From Balanoglossus misakiensis (Eukaryota > Animalia > Hemichordata): 64,000 bases of DNA. The position numbers and the translations under genes are program-made. Numbering within the stretch: position 1 is the stretch's first letter; each line of letters begins with the position of its first letter. The notes beneath the pieces were generated by a model. It saw only the letters and a list, made by a program, of their open reading frames with translations, ran no database searches and was not told the origin of the DNA. The DNA lies in assembly GCA_040954595.2 (NCBI GenBank), contig CM082577.2, forward strand, positions 18,822,303 to 18,886,302. The letters run 5' to 3'. Below are positions 36,961-51,907 of the stretch, piece after piece.

Positions 36961-38497
36961 TTCTTATCAAACACGTTGATGGATATTTTGCAATTGTGAC
37001 ATGTGAACATTTACAAAAAAATGAAATAAATTTGCTTCAAACTCATTGGCAAAACAAGGACATGGAGTTGTTGTATATTTGTTATTATTGAGATATATAG
37101 GTGAGAAATATATTGGAAAATGTCTTGATTACAAAAATATGTCGTGAAATTATTGACTAGCAAGAACCATGTGTATATGTATGGCCAAGGGGAAATTTTT
37201 AACTTCTAGTTCTGAACATTAACGTTATTGCGCAGGCTACTGTAACCACATTCAAATAATACATACAATTTTCTGTTGCACCAGTGCTTTGACCTTACAG
37301 TAATTAATTACTACTACACAGGTCAGGAACACTGAGAAGGCGGCCTTAAATTATGCATTTACATTTGAGGATTTTTTGCCCATTTGTTATGATGTAACTT
37401 TCAATATTTCTTGTTGTAGTATGAACTTTTCAATGTCAAAAAGTGATCAGACAACACCTGTAGCTAAAAATCTAGTTGGTATTGATACATTTCGGATATA
37501 TCTAAATTGTACCAATTTTAGTCTAGAAATATGTATACCTTAGGTAGCTTTTGTTTTCAAACAAATGGTTCATTAGGTATACCTAATTTATGGTTCATTT
37601 GGTATACCTATTTATGGCAAAACGACCAAATCCAAGATTTTTTTTCCAACCGATTGAGGCATTTCAGGAATACCTAAATAGTACCTTTTCAATCGAAAAA
37701 GTATACTTTTGGTATACCAATTAGTAAATTTAAAGACCAAATCTGGACTACCTAAGGTAACCCTTTTTTAAAGCAATACGTACATTTTAAGTATACCTAA
37801 ATAGTACCTATTTAGTCCGGGAAAGTATACCTTAGGTATATTTCTAGTGTACCAGAATTTCGTAAGGGTGTTCCTGCACACCACCCTATTGCTGCAAAGT
37901 TCCTGCACAGGCCACCCTATTGCTGCACAGTTCCTGCACACAGGCCATCTTACTACTGCACAGTTCTTGCAGACTGTCCTATTCCTGCACAGTTACCGCT
38001 TGCCTTGTTCCTGCACTAGTGCAGCAACACCTCATTTGCATGCGAAAAAGTCGCCTTGCAGCAGAGCTGCAGCAACTTTCTATTGCACCGGTGCTGCAAC
38101 CTTCTGGTATTGCTACTGCAACAGTGCAGCAACACTGTGCAGGAGGCCTTAAATTTTCATAAGGGCTATAGGTATGCACATAATTAATGATGTTTGAATA
38201 TGATACTAGAAATGTACAGTACACTGATACACTGATCAGCTGACCTTTTGTTTACGCATACGCCATTGCACCGTTCTCGATCTGTCTCCGAGTCTGAATT
38301 TTTCGCACCTATAGATTTTAAAGATTTTTGAAGTCTGCAAATTCACTGGCATTGACAAAACTATAACATAATAAGTATAATGTACGCCCCATAATGTACT
38401 CGGCATTCGCTTCGCACATTATGTTGCACAATGTGTGCTTTCGTCCATTATGGGTCTTCGGGGCGTACATTATTCTCTAACCAATGATCATTGCTCA

Positions 38498-38976
<479 letters not shown>

Positions 38977-39155
38977 CTGTTGAGGGTAAAGTAGAGAACA
39001 CAAGTGATTTGGTTTACAGACTGACCAACACAGACGTGGACAAGGGTGTTATGTCCATGAAAATCTACCTAAATATGTACATTCGCAATGGCAGAATTCA
39101 TGAATGTTCCTGCAAACATCTTCAAAGAGCTACCTTGACTACCCAGTGACATTAA

Positions 39156-39915
39156 CCCTTTGAACCTCGCTCGGAGGTTTACCGCCGCAGGATGACCTTT
39201 TGACCCCTAATTTTTCAATATGCTGACGTCAAGGCATTTTCCCGCCGACATTGTAAATCCAGCCATATGAAAGCAAGTTAGAAAGCTAGGGGACCCTAAT
39301 GTGACCTTCGAAATGACTTGAAATCGATTCCTATGCGAGCGACTACATAAAAAATAGTGATATCCAAGCAGCGATTTTTAGCGAAAGTTGACAGAGATTT
39401 AAAAATGGCGACCCGACGACAGTTACGCATTGATCCATTGCAAGACGAGGATGCTTTCTGGGCTCATTTTGACTGAGTACTAGTAGATAGTAGCTCAGAA
39501 AGTGAAGATGAAGAACAAGACCAGCCTGACATCGTTATGGACCAAAATGGTGACCCCAACAGCGCGAACGATGAAGAAGAATTTGAGCCAGAGCCTGCGA
39601 TCCAGCCACCCCCACCAGTTCGGCAACCAGTGAGAAGACTGCCCCGTGCCCGCAAAGTAAACCCACCACCTATGATATGGCAGGGCAACATAATAAACGG
39701 TAGGCAGGCTCCTATTTATAATCAACGACGTGGACCGACGAGACAAATGCCAGCTGACAGTACACCATTAGATTATTTTCGGACATAAAATCATAGTCAT
39801 CGTCGTGTCGTGTCACAATAATTATTTTGGACATATGCTTACTGTGTGATGAAAGATGAGAGTGCAGTCAAAAGGTCGGGCTGAATAATACAGAGAATCT
39901 GAAAATATTGTACCT
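39156..39915 (+). mobile_element. piggyBac 5' part in U4
   Basis: Same as U3, with an extra TGA stop. Confidence 0.7.
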
Positions 39916-40769
39916 TATTCTTATCAAACACGTTGATGGATATTTTGCAATTGTGACATGTGAACATTTACAAAAAAATGAAATAAATTTGCTTCAAACT
40001 CTTTGGCAAAACAAGGACATGGAGTTGTTGTATATTTGTTATTATTGAGATATATAGGTGAGAAATATATTGGAAAATGTCTTGATTACAAAAATATGTC
40101 GTGAAATTATTGACTAGCAAGAACCATGTGTATATGTATGGCCAAGGGGAAATTTTTAACTTCTAGTTCTGAACATTAACGTTATTGCGCAGGCTACTGT
40201 AACCACATTCAAATAATACATACAATTTTCTGTTGCACCAGTGCTTTGACCTTACAGTAATTAATTACTACTACACAGGTCAGGAACACTGAGAAGGCGG
40301 CCTTAACTTATGCATTTACATTTGAGGATTTTTTGCCTATTTGTTATGATGTAACTTTCAATATTTCTTGTTGTAAAATGAACTTTTCAATGTCAAAAAG
40401 TGATCAGACAACACCTGTAGCTAAAAATCTATTTGGTATTGATACATTTCGGATATATCTAAATTGTACCAATTTTAGTCTAGAAATATGTATACCTTAG
40501 GTAGCTTTTGTTTTCAAACAAATGGTTCATTAGGTATACCTAAATTATGGTTCATTTGGTATACCTATTTATGGCAAAACGACCAAATCCAAGATTTTTT
40601 TTCCAACCGATTGAGGCATTTCAGGAATACCTAAATAGTACCTTTTCAATCGAAAAAGTATACTTTTGGTATACCAATTAGTAAATTTAAAGACCAAATC
40701 TGGACTACCTAAGGTAGCCCTTTTTTAAAGCAATAGGTACATTTTAAGTATACCTAAATAGTACCTATT

Positions 40770-42133
40770 CAGCCAGAGCGCAACACCCTTATTAGCATAT
40801 TATCGCCTATCCAGATCAGGACCATTACATTTTGAATGGCCGCTCACAGACCGTTTTTTGAGGCATTTTCAACTTGCCGTAACTTTCGCTAGAGTGCATT
40901 ATTTTAAATCATGTAAAAGCGAAAACCTCTCCTGACATGTCTTCTTTCGTGCCATCCAAATGGATTTTAGAATTATTTACTGAAATATTGATATTATGGC
41001 GATTTTCCGAAGGTTACTTTAGCGGTCGAAAATATGGTCCAGTTTTTCGCTTCCAGTATCCATAATATGCCCCGGAAAGTTTACAGATTTCAGGGTTATG
41101 TGGGTTTTTCTACTCTTAAAATGACCGCGTAAAGAAATTAGGTAAAGATACAAGTGTAACGGTCAGTTCAAGAATTTTCGCTAAAAAACGGGTGATTTTA
41201 CCCGGAAGTCGTCACATGACCTACGTGACCCGAGGTTTCCCGGCCGCTGATGTAAACACTTGTAAATACGCAATTATCCCAGCTGCTGTTTGCAGTCTCT
41301 GTTTAACGCGATTGTGGAGTTGAAAGAACCGGCCTGATTTTTTACAAACGTTTGTGTTGTCGCTCAATAATGTTTTTCTTTTTGTGAAACACCACATTCG
41401 ACGAAATCTGTGTGGCAGGGTTACGCCGCGCCGTAAGCACACAACCCTGCAATTCATACATGCAGCCGCCAGTGCTAACGTAGTTTAGGCAGATCTCGAT
41501 GATCATCGATAATTTTCAAGAATAAAAGGTAGTCTAAATAGCCGATATACAATGAACTCATTTCCAACATGTGCATTTATCAACACTACATGTACATGTG
41601 GGACGTAAACAATATACACACATTCTGCACTGAACACTCGACAATGGGTTACGCTGTAAACTCCCGCCATTTCCCACTTAAAATGATCTCGTCACAGCAA
41701 AAAGTAAACAAATTAAAACCATTATAACTTCGTTAATATGCCCCGGAGAGTATACAAACTTCGCAGTAAGAAGGGCCAATGCCTATATTTTATAAATATG
41801 TCATTGGATTTGTACAACAAGTTGGTGTAACAGTGCTTAGCGAGGCATGTTTCCAAAACGTGAATTTTCATTACTCTGTACTTTTCGTTATTTCTCTGAA
41901 ACTACTGCATTAATCATCAAAAATACTCCTTGAGATATAGTTCGATATATGTACTATCAAATAAATCCAACAAAAATACTCAGAACGATCGCCATTAATA
42001 GCGGTTGATGACCAAAGTTGGGGAAAAAAATGACCCAATTCAGACACCCTTTTCGGGGCTCAGTGTAACGGTCTCGTTTTTCGAATCAGATTCCGCATTT
42101 GCATATGTTAATGAAGGCGTTGCGTTCTGGCTG
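40770..42133. mobile_element. Non-autonomous TIR transposon with 4-bp TSD (Academ-like?)
   Basis: CAGCCAGAGCGCAAC.../...GTTGCGTTCTGGCTG, ~30-bp imperfect TIRs; TATT duplicated; empty site in other units. Confidence 0.87.
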
Positions 42134-42821
42134 TATTTAGTCCGGGAAAGTATACCTTAGGTATATTTCTAGTGTACCAGAATTTCGTAAGGGTGTTCCT
42201 GCACACCACCCTATTGCTGCAAAGTTCCTGCACAGGCCACCCTATTGCTGCACAGTTCCTGCACACAGGCCATCTTACTACTGCACAGTTCTTGCAGACT
42301 GTCCTATTCCTGCACAGTTACCGCTTGCCTTGTTCCTGCACTAGTGCAGCAACACCTCATTTGCATGCGAAAAAGTCGCCTTGCAGCAGAGCTGCAGCAA
42401 CTTTCTATTGCACCGGTGCTGCAACCTTGTGGTATTGCTACTGCACCAGTGCAGCAACACTGTGCAGGAGGCCTTAAATTTTCATAAGGGCTATAGGTAT
42501 GCACATAATTAATGATGTTTGAATATGATACTAGAAATGTACAGTACACTGATACACTGATCAGCTGACCTTTTGTTTACGCATACGCCATTGCTCCGTT
42601 CTCGATCTGTCTCCGAGTCTGAATTTTTCGCACCTATAGATTTAAAGATTTTTGAAGTCTGCAAATTCACTGGCATTGACAAAACTATAACATAATAAGT
42701 ATTATGTACGCCCCATAATGTACTCGGCATTCGCCTCGCACATTATGTTGCACAATGTGTGCTTTCGTCCATTATGGGTCTTCGGGGCGTACATTATTCT
42801 CTAACCAATGATCATTGCTCA

Positions 42822-43301
<480 letters not shown>

Positions 43302-43480
43302 CTGTTGAGGGTAAAGTAGAGAACACAAGTGATTTGGCTTACAGACTGACCAACACAGACGTGGACAAGGGTGTTATGTCCATGAAAATCTACCTAAATA
43401 TGTACATTCGCAATGGCAGAATTCATGAATGTTCCTGCAAACATCTTCAAAGAGCTACCCTGACTACCCAGTGACATTAA

Positions 43481-44240
43481 CCCTTTGAACCTCGCTCGGA
43501 GGTTTACCGCCGCAGGATGACCTTTTGACCCCTAATTTTTCAATATGCTGACGTCAAGGCATTTTCCCGCCGACATTGTAAATCCAGCCATATGAAAGCA
43601 AGTTAGAAAGCTAGGGGACCCTAATGTGACCTTCCAAATGACTTGAAATCGATTCCTATGCGAGCGACTACATAAAAAATAGTGATATTCAAGCAGCGAT
43701 TTTTAGCGAAAGTTGACAGAGATTTAAAAATGGCGACCCGACGACAGTTACGCATTGATCCATTGCAAGACGAGGATGCTTTCTGGGCTCATTTTGACCG
43801 AGTACTAGTAGATGGTAGCTCAGAAAGTGAAGATGAAGAACAAGACCAGCCTGACATCGTTATGGACCAAGATGGTGACCTCAACCGCGCGAACGATGAA
43901 GAAGAATTTGAGCCAGAGCCCGCGATCCAGCCACCCCCACCAGTTCGGCAACGAGTGAGAAGACTGCCCCGTGCCCGCGAAGTAAACCCACCACCTATGA
44001 TATGGCAGGGCAACATAATAAACGGTAGGCAGGCTCCTATTTATAATCAACGACGTGGACCGACGAGACAAATGCCAGCTGACAGTACACCATTAGATTA
44101 TTTTCGGACATAAAGTCATCGTCATGTCGTGTCACAATCATTATTTTGGACATATGCTTACTGTGTGATGAAAGGTTAGAGCGCAGTCAAAAGGTCGGGC
44201 TGAATAATACAGAGACTCTGAAAATATTGTACCTTATTCT
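43481..44240 (+). mobile_element. piggyBac 5' part in U5 (ORF 43730..44113)
   Basis: TTAA|CCC terminus and transposase N-terminus. Confidence 0.72.
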
Positions 44241-47177
44241 TATCAAACACGTTGATGGATATTTTGACAATTGTGACATGTGAACATTTACAAAAAAATG
44301 AAATAAATTTGCTTCAAGCTCATTGGCAAAACAAGGACATGGAGTTGCTGTATATTTGTTATTATTGTTGTAGTTTTCTCAGCGTAGCTAGATTTCTCAT
44401 CGTGGACCCGGTAATGGTAGCGTCGCCCACGATGAAATCCTCCCGTACACTTCCACTGGACTACCAACCACCTCGACAGGGTCGGATAGCTTGGAATAGT
44501 TGTCAGTGAATGTTTCCCCTGTTCTGTCTGATGCGGCGACACCCTCTCACATGTACATTGACTCAGCGCAACACCAGCCGGAATGGTTAACAAGAACAAC
44601 GGATTTATTCGTATTTCGACTGTGTTACAAACTTTCACGTCTGCCCAGTTCGGAGGTGGAAACCCAAGAGAGCGAGAATGAGGTGTATCCCCAGCAAAAG
44701 TAGCCCGCCCCAACTATTACCCAACCAGCACGAATGTGAAGTTCACGTGATATAGTCCGGCCAATCACAGTTCCAGCCTACTTCCTGATAGGCTCAAGCA
44801 GCGGTAACTTTGCAAGGTTTTCCATGACATTCCCCCCAACTAGACTTGGTTACTCTCCGAGACCCAGTCATAGCAATCTAAACTACAATAACAAATGGAA
44901 CACAGAAATCAATAATTCAAATACTAAGTCAAAAGAGCACATCACTGTTTCTGTTTTAAAGTCTTTGACTCTTAGTGTTCGAAGGTGCAGTTCAATCTAC
45001 CTTCTGTCTCAGTAAAATAAGTGTCCTTGTCAAATGGCACACGTATCCTGGTACCCATTTTGTTTTCTTCATCGTCAACAGGTGCTTGAAGTTTTCGTCC
45101 TCAATAGGCGCCTGTGAATCCGTAGAAAAGCGTTGGCTTCCGGCTTCTTTTAGGGTATCTCTTAGGTGTATCTTCGTCTCTGATCATTTCCGGTTCAACC
45201 CCCGGTGGATCATCAGTGGTAATATCCAGGGTTTCTCCGCCTACTGCTTCATCAGCATCAGTGTCAAAGTAGTGTTCTTGGGTTTCCGGTGGGGAATCCT
45301 CTTGACCGCTGGCATACGTCTTTCCATCAGCTGGCAATTTGTCAATAGGTTCTTCTGATTTTGGTCCACTTGGGGTCCTGGTGTCTGCTTTCTAGGTCTC
45401 TTCAAAGGGATCTTCAGGTCTGTTTTCTTGCACCCTCTCATCTAAGGGGGCGAGCTTCACTTTGTCTAGCCAGCCAGGTAAGTCAGGACCTGTGTATCCC
45501 TTCAGCTTCTCAAAGTGAACCACTTTAAACTTTGTCCGGGGCCCACGCTGGATCCGGTATACAACGTCAGTCAGTCTGTTCACCACCATATACGGTCCCT
45601 CATACGCCATCTGTAGTTTCGGGCTTTGACCCTTCTTCCTCCTTTCGTCTCTTAGCCAAACAAATTCACCAGGCTGGAAAGACTTATGAAGGGCATTACG
45701 ATCGTAATATCTCTTATAGGTCCTAGTACTTGCTTTCAACTGCTCTCTTGCCCGGTAATGGGCATTTCGCAACTTATCGCGCAGTTTAGCCACATAGTCA
45801 CCCCCAGATTCCTCCTCAAATTCAATCTCAAATATCAGATCGATGGGCAGTGTCACCTCCCTACCCAGCATCATTATATTCGGAGTTTCACCTGTGGCTG
45901 GGTGTACCGAAGAGCGGTACGCCATCGTAGCGCAAGACAGATGTTGGTCCCAGTCTTTTTGGTATTTCAGGGGGTCCATATAAGACTTTATCGTTACACA
46001 AGACAATGGTTGAATTTTTCAACCAACTCGTCTCCCTGTGGGTGTCAAGGCGTGGTGTATGTTTTGTCCACCCCTAGCAATTTGCAGACCTCCACGAATA
46101 CTGACGAGATGAAATTTCGGCCTCTATCTGAATGTACCTCGTGAGGCATACCAAACCTACTGAAAAATTCGTCGACCAGTACCTTTGCCACTGTGGTTGC
46201 CTCCTCATTTGGAATAGGGAATGCCTCCATCCATTTGCTAAAATAGTCTCCGACAACCAATACCTTCCGGTTGCCATTGTAACTCTCCACAAATGGTCCC
46301 AGAACATCAATGGCCACCCTCTCCATGGGACACCCCACCACATACAATTGTAAGGGAGCCTTGTGCCTTTTACCAGGCACCCGCTTGCGTGAACACACCT
46401 CACATGAACGCACCCACGATCTGACATCTACGGACATGCCATGCCAGTTATACCTTTGCCTCACCTTGTCAAGGGTTTTTGTCATCCCTAAGTGACCACC
46501 TGCATTTGCATCATGCAACCCTCCAATCACCACCTTATGACACACTTTAGGCAGAATTAATTGCCATTTCACTAAAGTCCCATCAGCCGACTCCCATCTC
46601 CTGTACAGCACACCCCTGTAGACTATCAATTGTTCATACATAGCCCAGTATGCCTTCGTGGCTGCCGAACACGGAGAGATCTCATTCCAGTCTGGTCGAC
46701 TTTCCCTCCCCTCCCTAGCCTTCAAGACAACTGAAATATCAGGATCACTAAGTTGTCCTTGTTGTCATAGCCGTATCAAACAATCTGCAACCCTCTACTT
46801 TGGCATTTTTGTCCTGAGAATTGTCATCTAGTCTATCGGTCCCTCCACACTCTGGCAGTTCACGGTACAACTGTTCGGACCGTACAACACTATTTTGTCT
46901 CATCGATGGAGATTTGCATTCAAACTCTGGTGCAAGTGGACTCAACGCACCTGTACCATTAGTGGTGGTTGGTTCGTGTGCCATACCACACTGTTTGCAC
47001 TCACGCACTGGTTTCCGAGATAGCGCATCAGTATTTCCATGGCGTACACCGGGACGATGGATACAGGTATAGTCAAAGCGACCAAGCGTCTCTAACCACC
47101 TAGCCAACTGCCCCTCTGGGTTCTTGAAATTAAGCAACCACACTAATGCAGCATGGTCAGTCCTCAGTGTGAATTTC

Positions 47178-48280
47178 GAGGTATGTAAGAGTACTTCGAA
47201 GTGCATACTCCGAGTTCAAAGACCGAGTCGGACTTCAAAGTCCGAGTACTCGGACTTGTACACTCCGAGTAGTGGCTGTACTCGGACTTGTATACACCGA
47301 GTTGCACTCGGTGCTCGGACTTGCGTACTCCGAGTTACAGTTGAATAAAAGCCAGCTTTTAAAAGCACAAATAATATTCGATATTGCGATAAAAATGTGG
47401 GAATACTTTATACTGAGCTTCCAGTCAAATCGATCGAGGGGTTTTGAAAGTATCGCAACATTCAACTTTCTTTCAATCTCTCGACATGCTGTATTGTATC
47501 ATGTACAAAATGCACGCCCCGCATAATTTCCGTTTGGTTAAATACCGACCTTTCCTATCTACTAGATCATATCCAAGTCTGATTTTACACTGATTTTTAT
47601 AAGGAGCTCATTGGTTTGTCAATTTTAGTAGCTAAGTGAAAAGTACGCTAACGAACACGAAATGCGCATACTGCGATGCGACAATCGCCATTTTTGAATG
47701 ACCTGACCTTTGACATCATCGGTTGAAATATGATCGAGGTTGCACTGCGCTCATCCGATGATCGCGCGATGAATCTGACTACTCGCTTCCGCATTGTTCC
47801 GTGATGTGATCGGTATACTTGCCCTTCGTTTTTATGTCTAAATATAAAACGTAATATTTTTTATTTTGAAAAACGGTTGTGTGAGAGCAGTTACGGGCTA
47901 CTCTTTAGTGAACGCCCGGGAGTGACTGTGTGAACGAGTGGTCACTCCGTGACCGCATGGATCTAGCCCTGTGAATGTTGTTATGGATGTAAAGCTCATG
48001 CCTATTCAAAACTGGCGCAAGAAGACATCATGGACACCGATCGTGGTAGTAAGCAATAAATGACTTCTTGAGTAACGAAAACAGGATTTTTGCCGTCCGT
48101 TGTCTTTCATAGGCAGTATGTAACTCGGAGTACGCAAGTCCAAGCACCGAGTGCAACTCGGTGTATACAAGTCCGAGTACAGCCACTACTCGGAGTGTAC
48201 AAGTCCGACTACTAGGACTTTGAAGTCAGACTCGGTCTTTGAACTCGGAGTATGCACTTCGAAGTACTCCTACATACCTG
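47178..48280. mobile_element. 1.1-kb non-autonomous element with ~160-bp TIRs and probable 7-bp TSD
   Basis: GAGGTATGTAAGAGTAC.../...GTACTCCTACATACCTG; GAATTTC on both sides; TIRs built from ACTCGG/CCGAGT motifs. Confidence 0.88.
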
Positions 48281-49102
48281 GAATTTCTGGCCCAGTAAGT
48301 AGTGTTTGAAGTATTTTGTGTACTCGATTACAGCCAACAGTTCACGACGCGTTACACAGTACTTCCTTTCAGCACCCGATAGCACTCGGCCCGCATAACT
48401 AACAGGTCTCTCTTGGCCACCCTGTACTTGGCTCAACACTGCCCCTATGCCAATACCGCTAGCATCTGTATCCAGTATGAACTCACCCTTTTCCATCGGA
48501 AAAGCCAAAACTGGTGCCGATGTTAGTCTTGCCTTGAGCTGATCAAATGCGTTTTGACAATTCTCTGTCCAAGCAAATACAGAATCTTTCTTTGTTAAGT
48601 CATGAAGAGGACGGGGCCAATTCAGCAAACCCCTGTACAAAGCGTCTGTAGTATGACGCCAGCCCCAAGAAGCTTCTTACTTCTGTGACTGTCTCAGGAA
48701 TCAGCCAGTCTCTAATAGCCTTGACCTTTCCTGGATCAGTAGCAACCCCTTCCCGAGAAACACGATGCCCCAAAAACTCAACACTGCGTGCAAAAAGCAC
48801 ACACTTACTCGGCTTTAATTTGAGATTTGAAGTACGAAGACGTTCAAATACCTTGCACAACCTTTCCAACTCTTCATAAAATGATCTGCCAAATATTATG
48901 ATGTCATCTAGATATAAAAGCAGTATTTCCCACTGCATACCGGTAAAGACGCGCTCCATCAGACGTTCAAACGTACTAGGGGCATTACACAACCCAAACG
49001 GGAGCATCCTCCACTGATAGAGTCCACTGCGCGTGACAAATGCGGTCTTTTCTTTAGATCCCTCGTCCAGTTCTACCTGCCAATACCCTGCTTGGAGGTC
49101 TA

Positions 49103-51907
49103 CAGTGTTCGCGGTTACGCTAAAAAGTGTGTATTATACGCATAAGATTTTTTTTAAACGCATTTTTCTGATGACAGTGCGTTTGACTGTACGCACTTGA
49201 AATACTACTTTCGTTACAGCAATTGCCTATCGCGCACGTTTCGCCCATTGCCCACAAACAATGTTGCAACAGAGCACCACGCGCCGCGCCGCTTAAAATT
49301 GTAACATGTTGAGCAATTTTTTCGCGTGATTGTAATTCACGTGGTGTCGCCCGAAATTGTATCAATTTTTGAGCAAATCGTTTCGTTCCGACTAGCGGCG
49401 ACACGCGCCACTTTCACTGACACGGACAGAGAGCCAATACGTAGCTAACTGTTAGTAATTGGTGCCACTGTAGCTCAAAAATCATGTCAAAGCAATCCTC
49501 GTTGCTATCTTTCAACTTTAGTGCTTCTAGCAAAAAAACATCGGGAGCATCACTAGATGAATCTGTTGCGAGTTCAAGCAGCAAAACGGCCGCTGAGATG
49601 CCAGCCGCGCAGCCTACTTCGGAGTCTGCCGCCTGTATTGCCACCTCGTCGGACGCGTCCACGGTGACATCGACGCCGGCAGTAAAGCGAAAGCGAAAGC
49701 AACCCGGCACGGGAGAAGGTCACACCGAGTTTCAAAGCAGTTGGAATATCGAATATCCGTGGCTTCGCTCACAGGTTCAGGTCATCGATAAGGACAAAAA
49801 ACAAACTTTGCTATTTTGTACGCTGTGTGAGAGAGCCAAGAAGAGGAATGCGTTTACTCGCGGTTCTCCCGACTCACAAAAATCCGCGATAAAACGTCAT
49901 ATGAAGACGGATGACCATCGTGAAGCTGTTGTAGCGCGACCATCGCAGGAAATAATGCGCGATTTTTCAACGAAAGGCCTGAACGAAAATCACGAGAAAC
50001 AGCGAGCAGTTCTTCGCACCGTTTATTATATGGCCAAGGAGGAAATGGGATTGAGCTTCAGCGTGAAAACGGATGCGAATCCTTGAAAACGGAGACATAT
50101 ACGCACCACGACAGTGTCACGGGTATGCAAAAAGCATTAGCGGACACAGTGCGTGAAGAAATTGCCCAGAAAATTTCAAACTCGCCGTTTGTTGGCATAC
50201 TTGTCGACGAAACAGTGAATGTCACGGTTCACAAGAAGTTGATAATGTTTCTGAAAATCGTTGATGATGGGAAACCCCGTACTGTGTTTATTGGTAACTA
50301 CACCGTCTTCAACGGTACGGCCGAAACAGTAGCTGACAAAATTTTATCAGTGCTCGCCGATCATGGAATTGAGACATCGAAAGTCATGGGTCTCTGCTCC
50401 GACGGGGCTTCCGTCATGACCGGTAGACATAACGGCGTCGGCGTACGATTGAAACATCAGAACGTCTATCTCATCCATGTCCATTGTGTCGCGCATCGGT
50501 TGGCACTTGCAGCAGCTGATGCCAGTCGCGGTGTCAAAAGTATAGCGGAGTATAAAAAGACCGTGAATAATATTTTTAACTTTTTCAAGTATTCTGCTAC
50601 CAGATACCAGAGATTGCGAGAGTTAAATTCAATTCTCGATAGCGAAGATGTTTTGAGCTTGAAGGAGCCTTGTTCCGTGCGATGGCTGTCTTTCGGCCGG
50701 GCTGTCAAAGGAATTTACGACAACTGGCCAGCCCTTGTCATGGAATTTAAGGAAGAGTCGCGACAACGCGACAACACAGTTGCTGGCGGCCTATTAAAGA
50801 AGATCAAACAGTACTCGTTCTTGGCCATCACGCATTTGTTGATGGACGTCTTGCCGATCATGGACCGTTGCAATCTTGTATTTCAACGAGAAGACGTCAA
50901 CTTGGCTACTATTGAACCAATGGTGCAGTCAACAATCGCGTCGCTACAGCTGCTATTAGAACCAGACGGTCGAGGCGAACATGAGAGTGCGCTAACGAGG
51001 GAAATTGAAAACAATGTATATCGCGGTCATTCTCTCAGCCACGCAGCTGCCAATCATATCCAAGGTTACGCTAATGTTAGGCGTGACTTCATAACGCATC
51101 TGATCAACCGATTACAAGCACGATTCCCCAGTGAATGTACCAGTCTACTGACATGCCTCGACAAAGTGCTCAATGCCAGCAAATATCCAGATCGTGATGT
51201 TGAGATCCGTGAATATGGCACAGAGTCTCTGGCGACACTGATTGCCCATTTCGGTGTCAATCGCGTTGAAGATGGCGTGCCGATGGAAGCCCCGATACAT
51301 GGGCCCGATTTGCAATCCGAGTTCACTCAGATGAAACTGACTCTGCGTGGCCACGGACGCTCCAATTTCAGTGAATCTTGTCGTATTCTTATAAATGAAT
51401 ATGGAGAGCTGTTTCCCGCGTTCCGATTGTTAGCCAGCATAGCTATAGTGATTCCGGTGTCTTCTGTGCCCTGTGAACGGGGATTCAGTTGCCAAAACCG
51501 CGTACTCACTGCACGACGCAATGGACTAGGCGACGAGCATGCCGATGATCTGATGCTTCTTACTATGGAAGGGCCACCTGTTGCCGACTTTCGTTTTGAC
51601 CGAGCACGGGAAATTTTCGCTTCGCGTGGAAAAAGAAACCCTTCAAAATTCTAGAGGTTCATTTTTGATGACTCAAAGGTTTCACACTCTTACAGTGTTA
51701 GTACTTGAATTGCAAAACTAAGCACGCTGTCTACGTGTGATTGTGATCAATTTTGATACAATGTTCATGTTTTCTCACGTTGACTTTGTTTATTGTGGAC
51801 TGGAATGCGGAAGTGGCCAGTTACGCATTGAAATAATGATCATACGCATTTTTGCCCAGCCTTTGCGTACGCAAAACGCACTGTCAAAATTTTGACCGCG
51901 AACACTG
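49103..51907 (+). mobile_element. hAT DNA transposon with 6-bp TSD
   Basis: TIR CAGTGTTCGCGGT/ACCGCGAACACTG; GGTCTA at 49097..49102 and 51908..51913. Confidence 0.93.
49484..51654 (+). pseudogene. hAT transposase (ZNF862-like), one frameshift near 50050
   Basis: YPWL..CTLC..H zinc finger; VDET, SDGASVM, HCVAHRLAL, VRW, PVSSVPCERGFS dimerisation motif. Confidence 0.92.
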
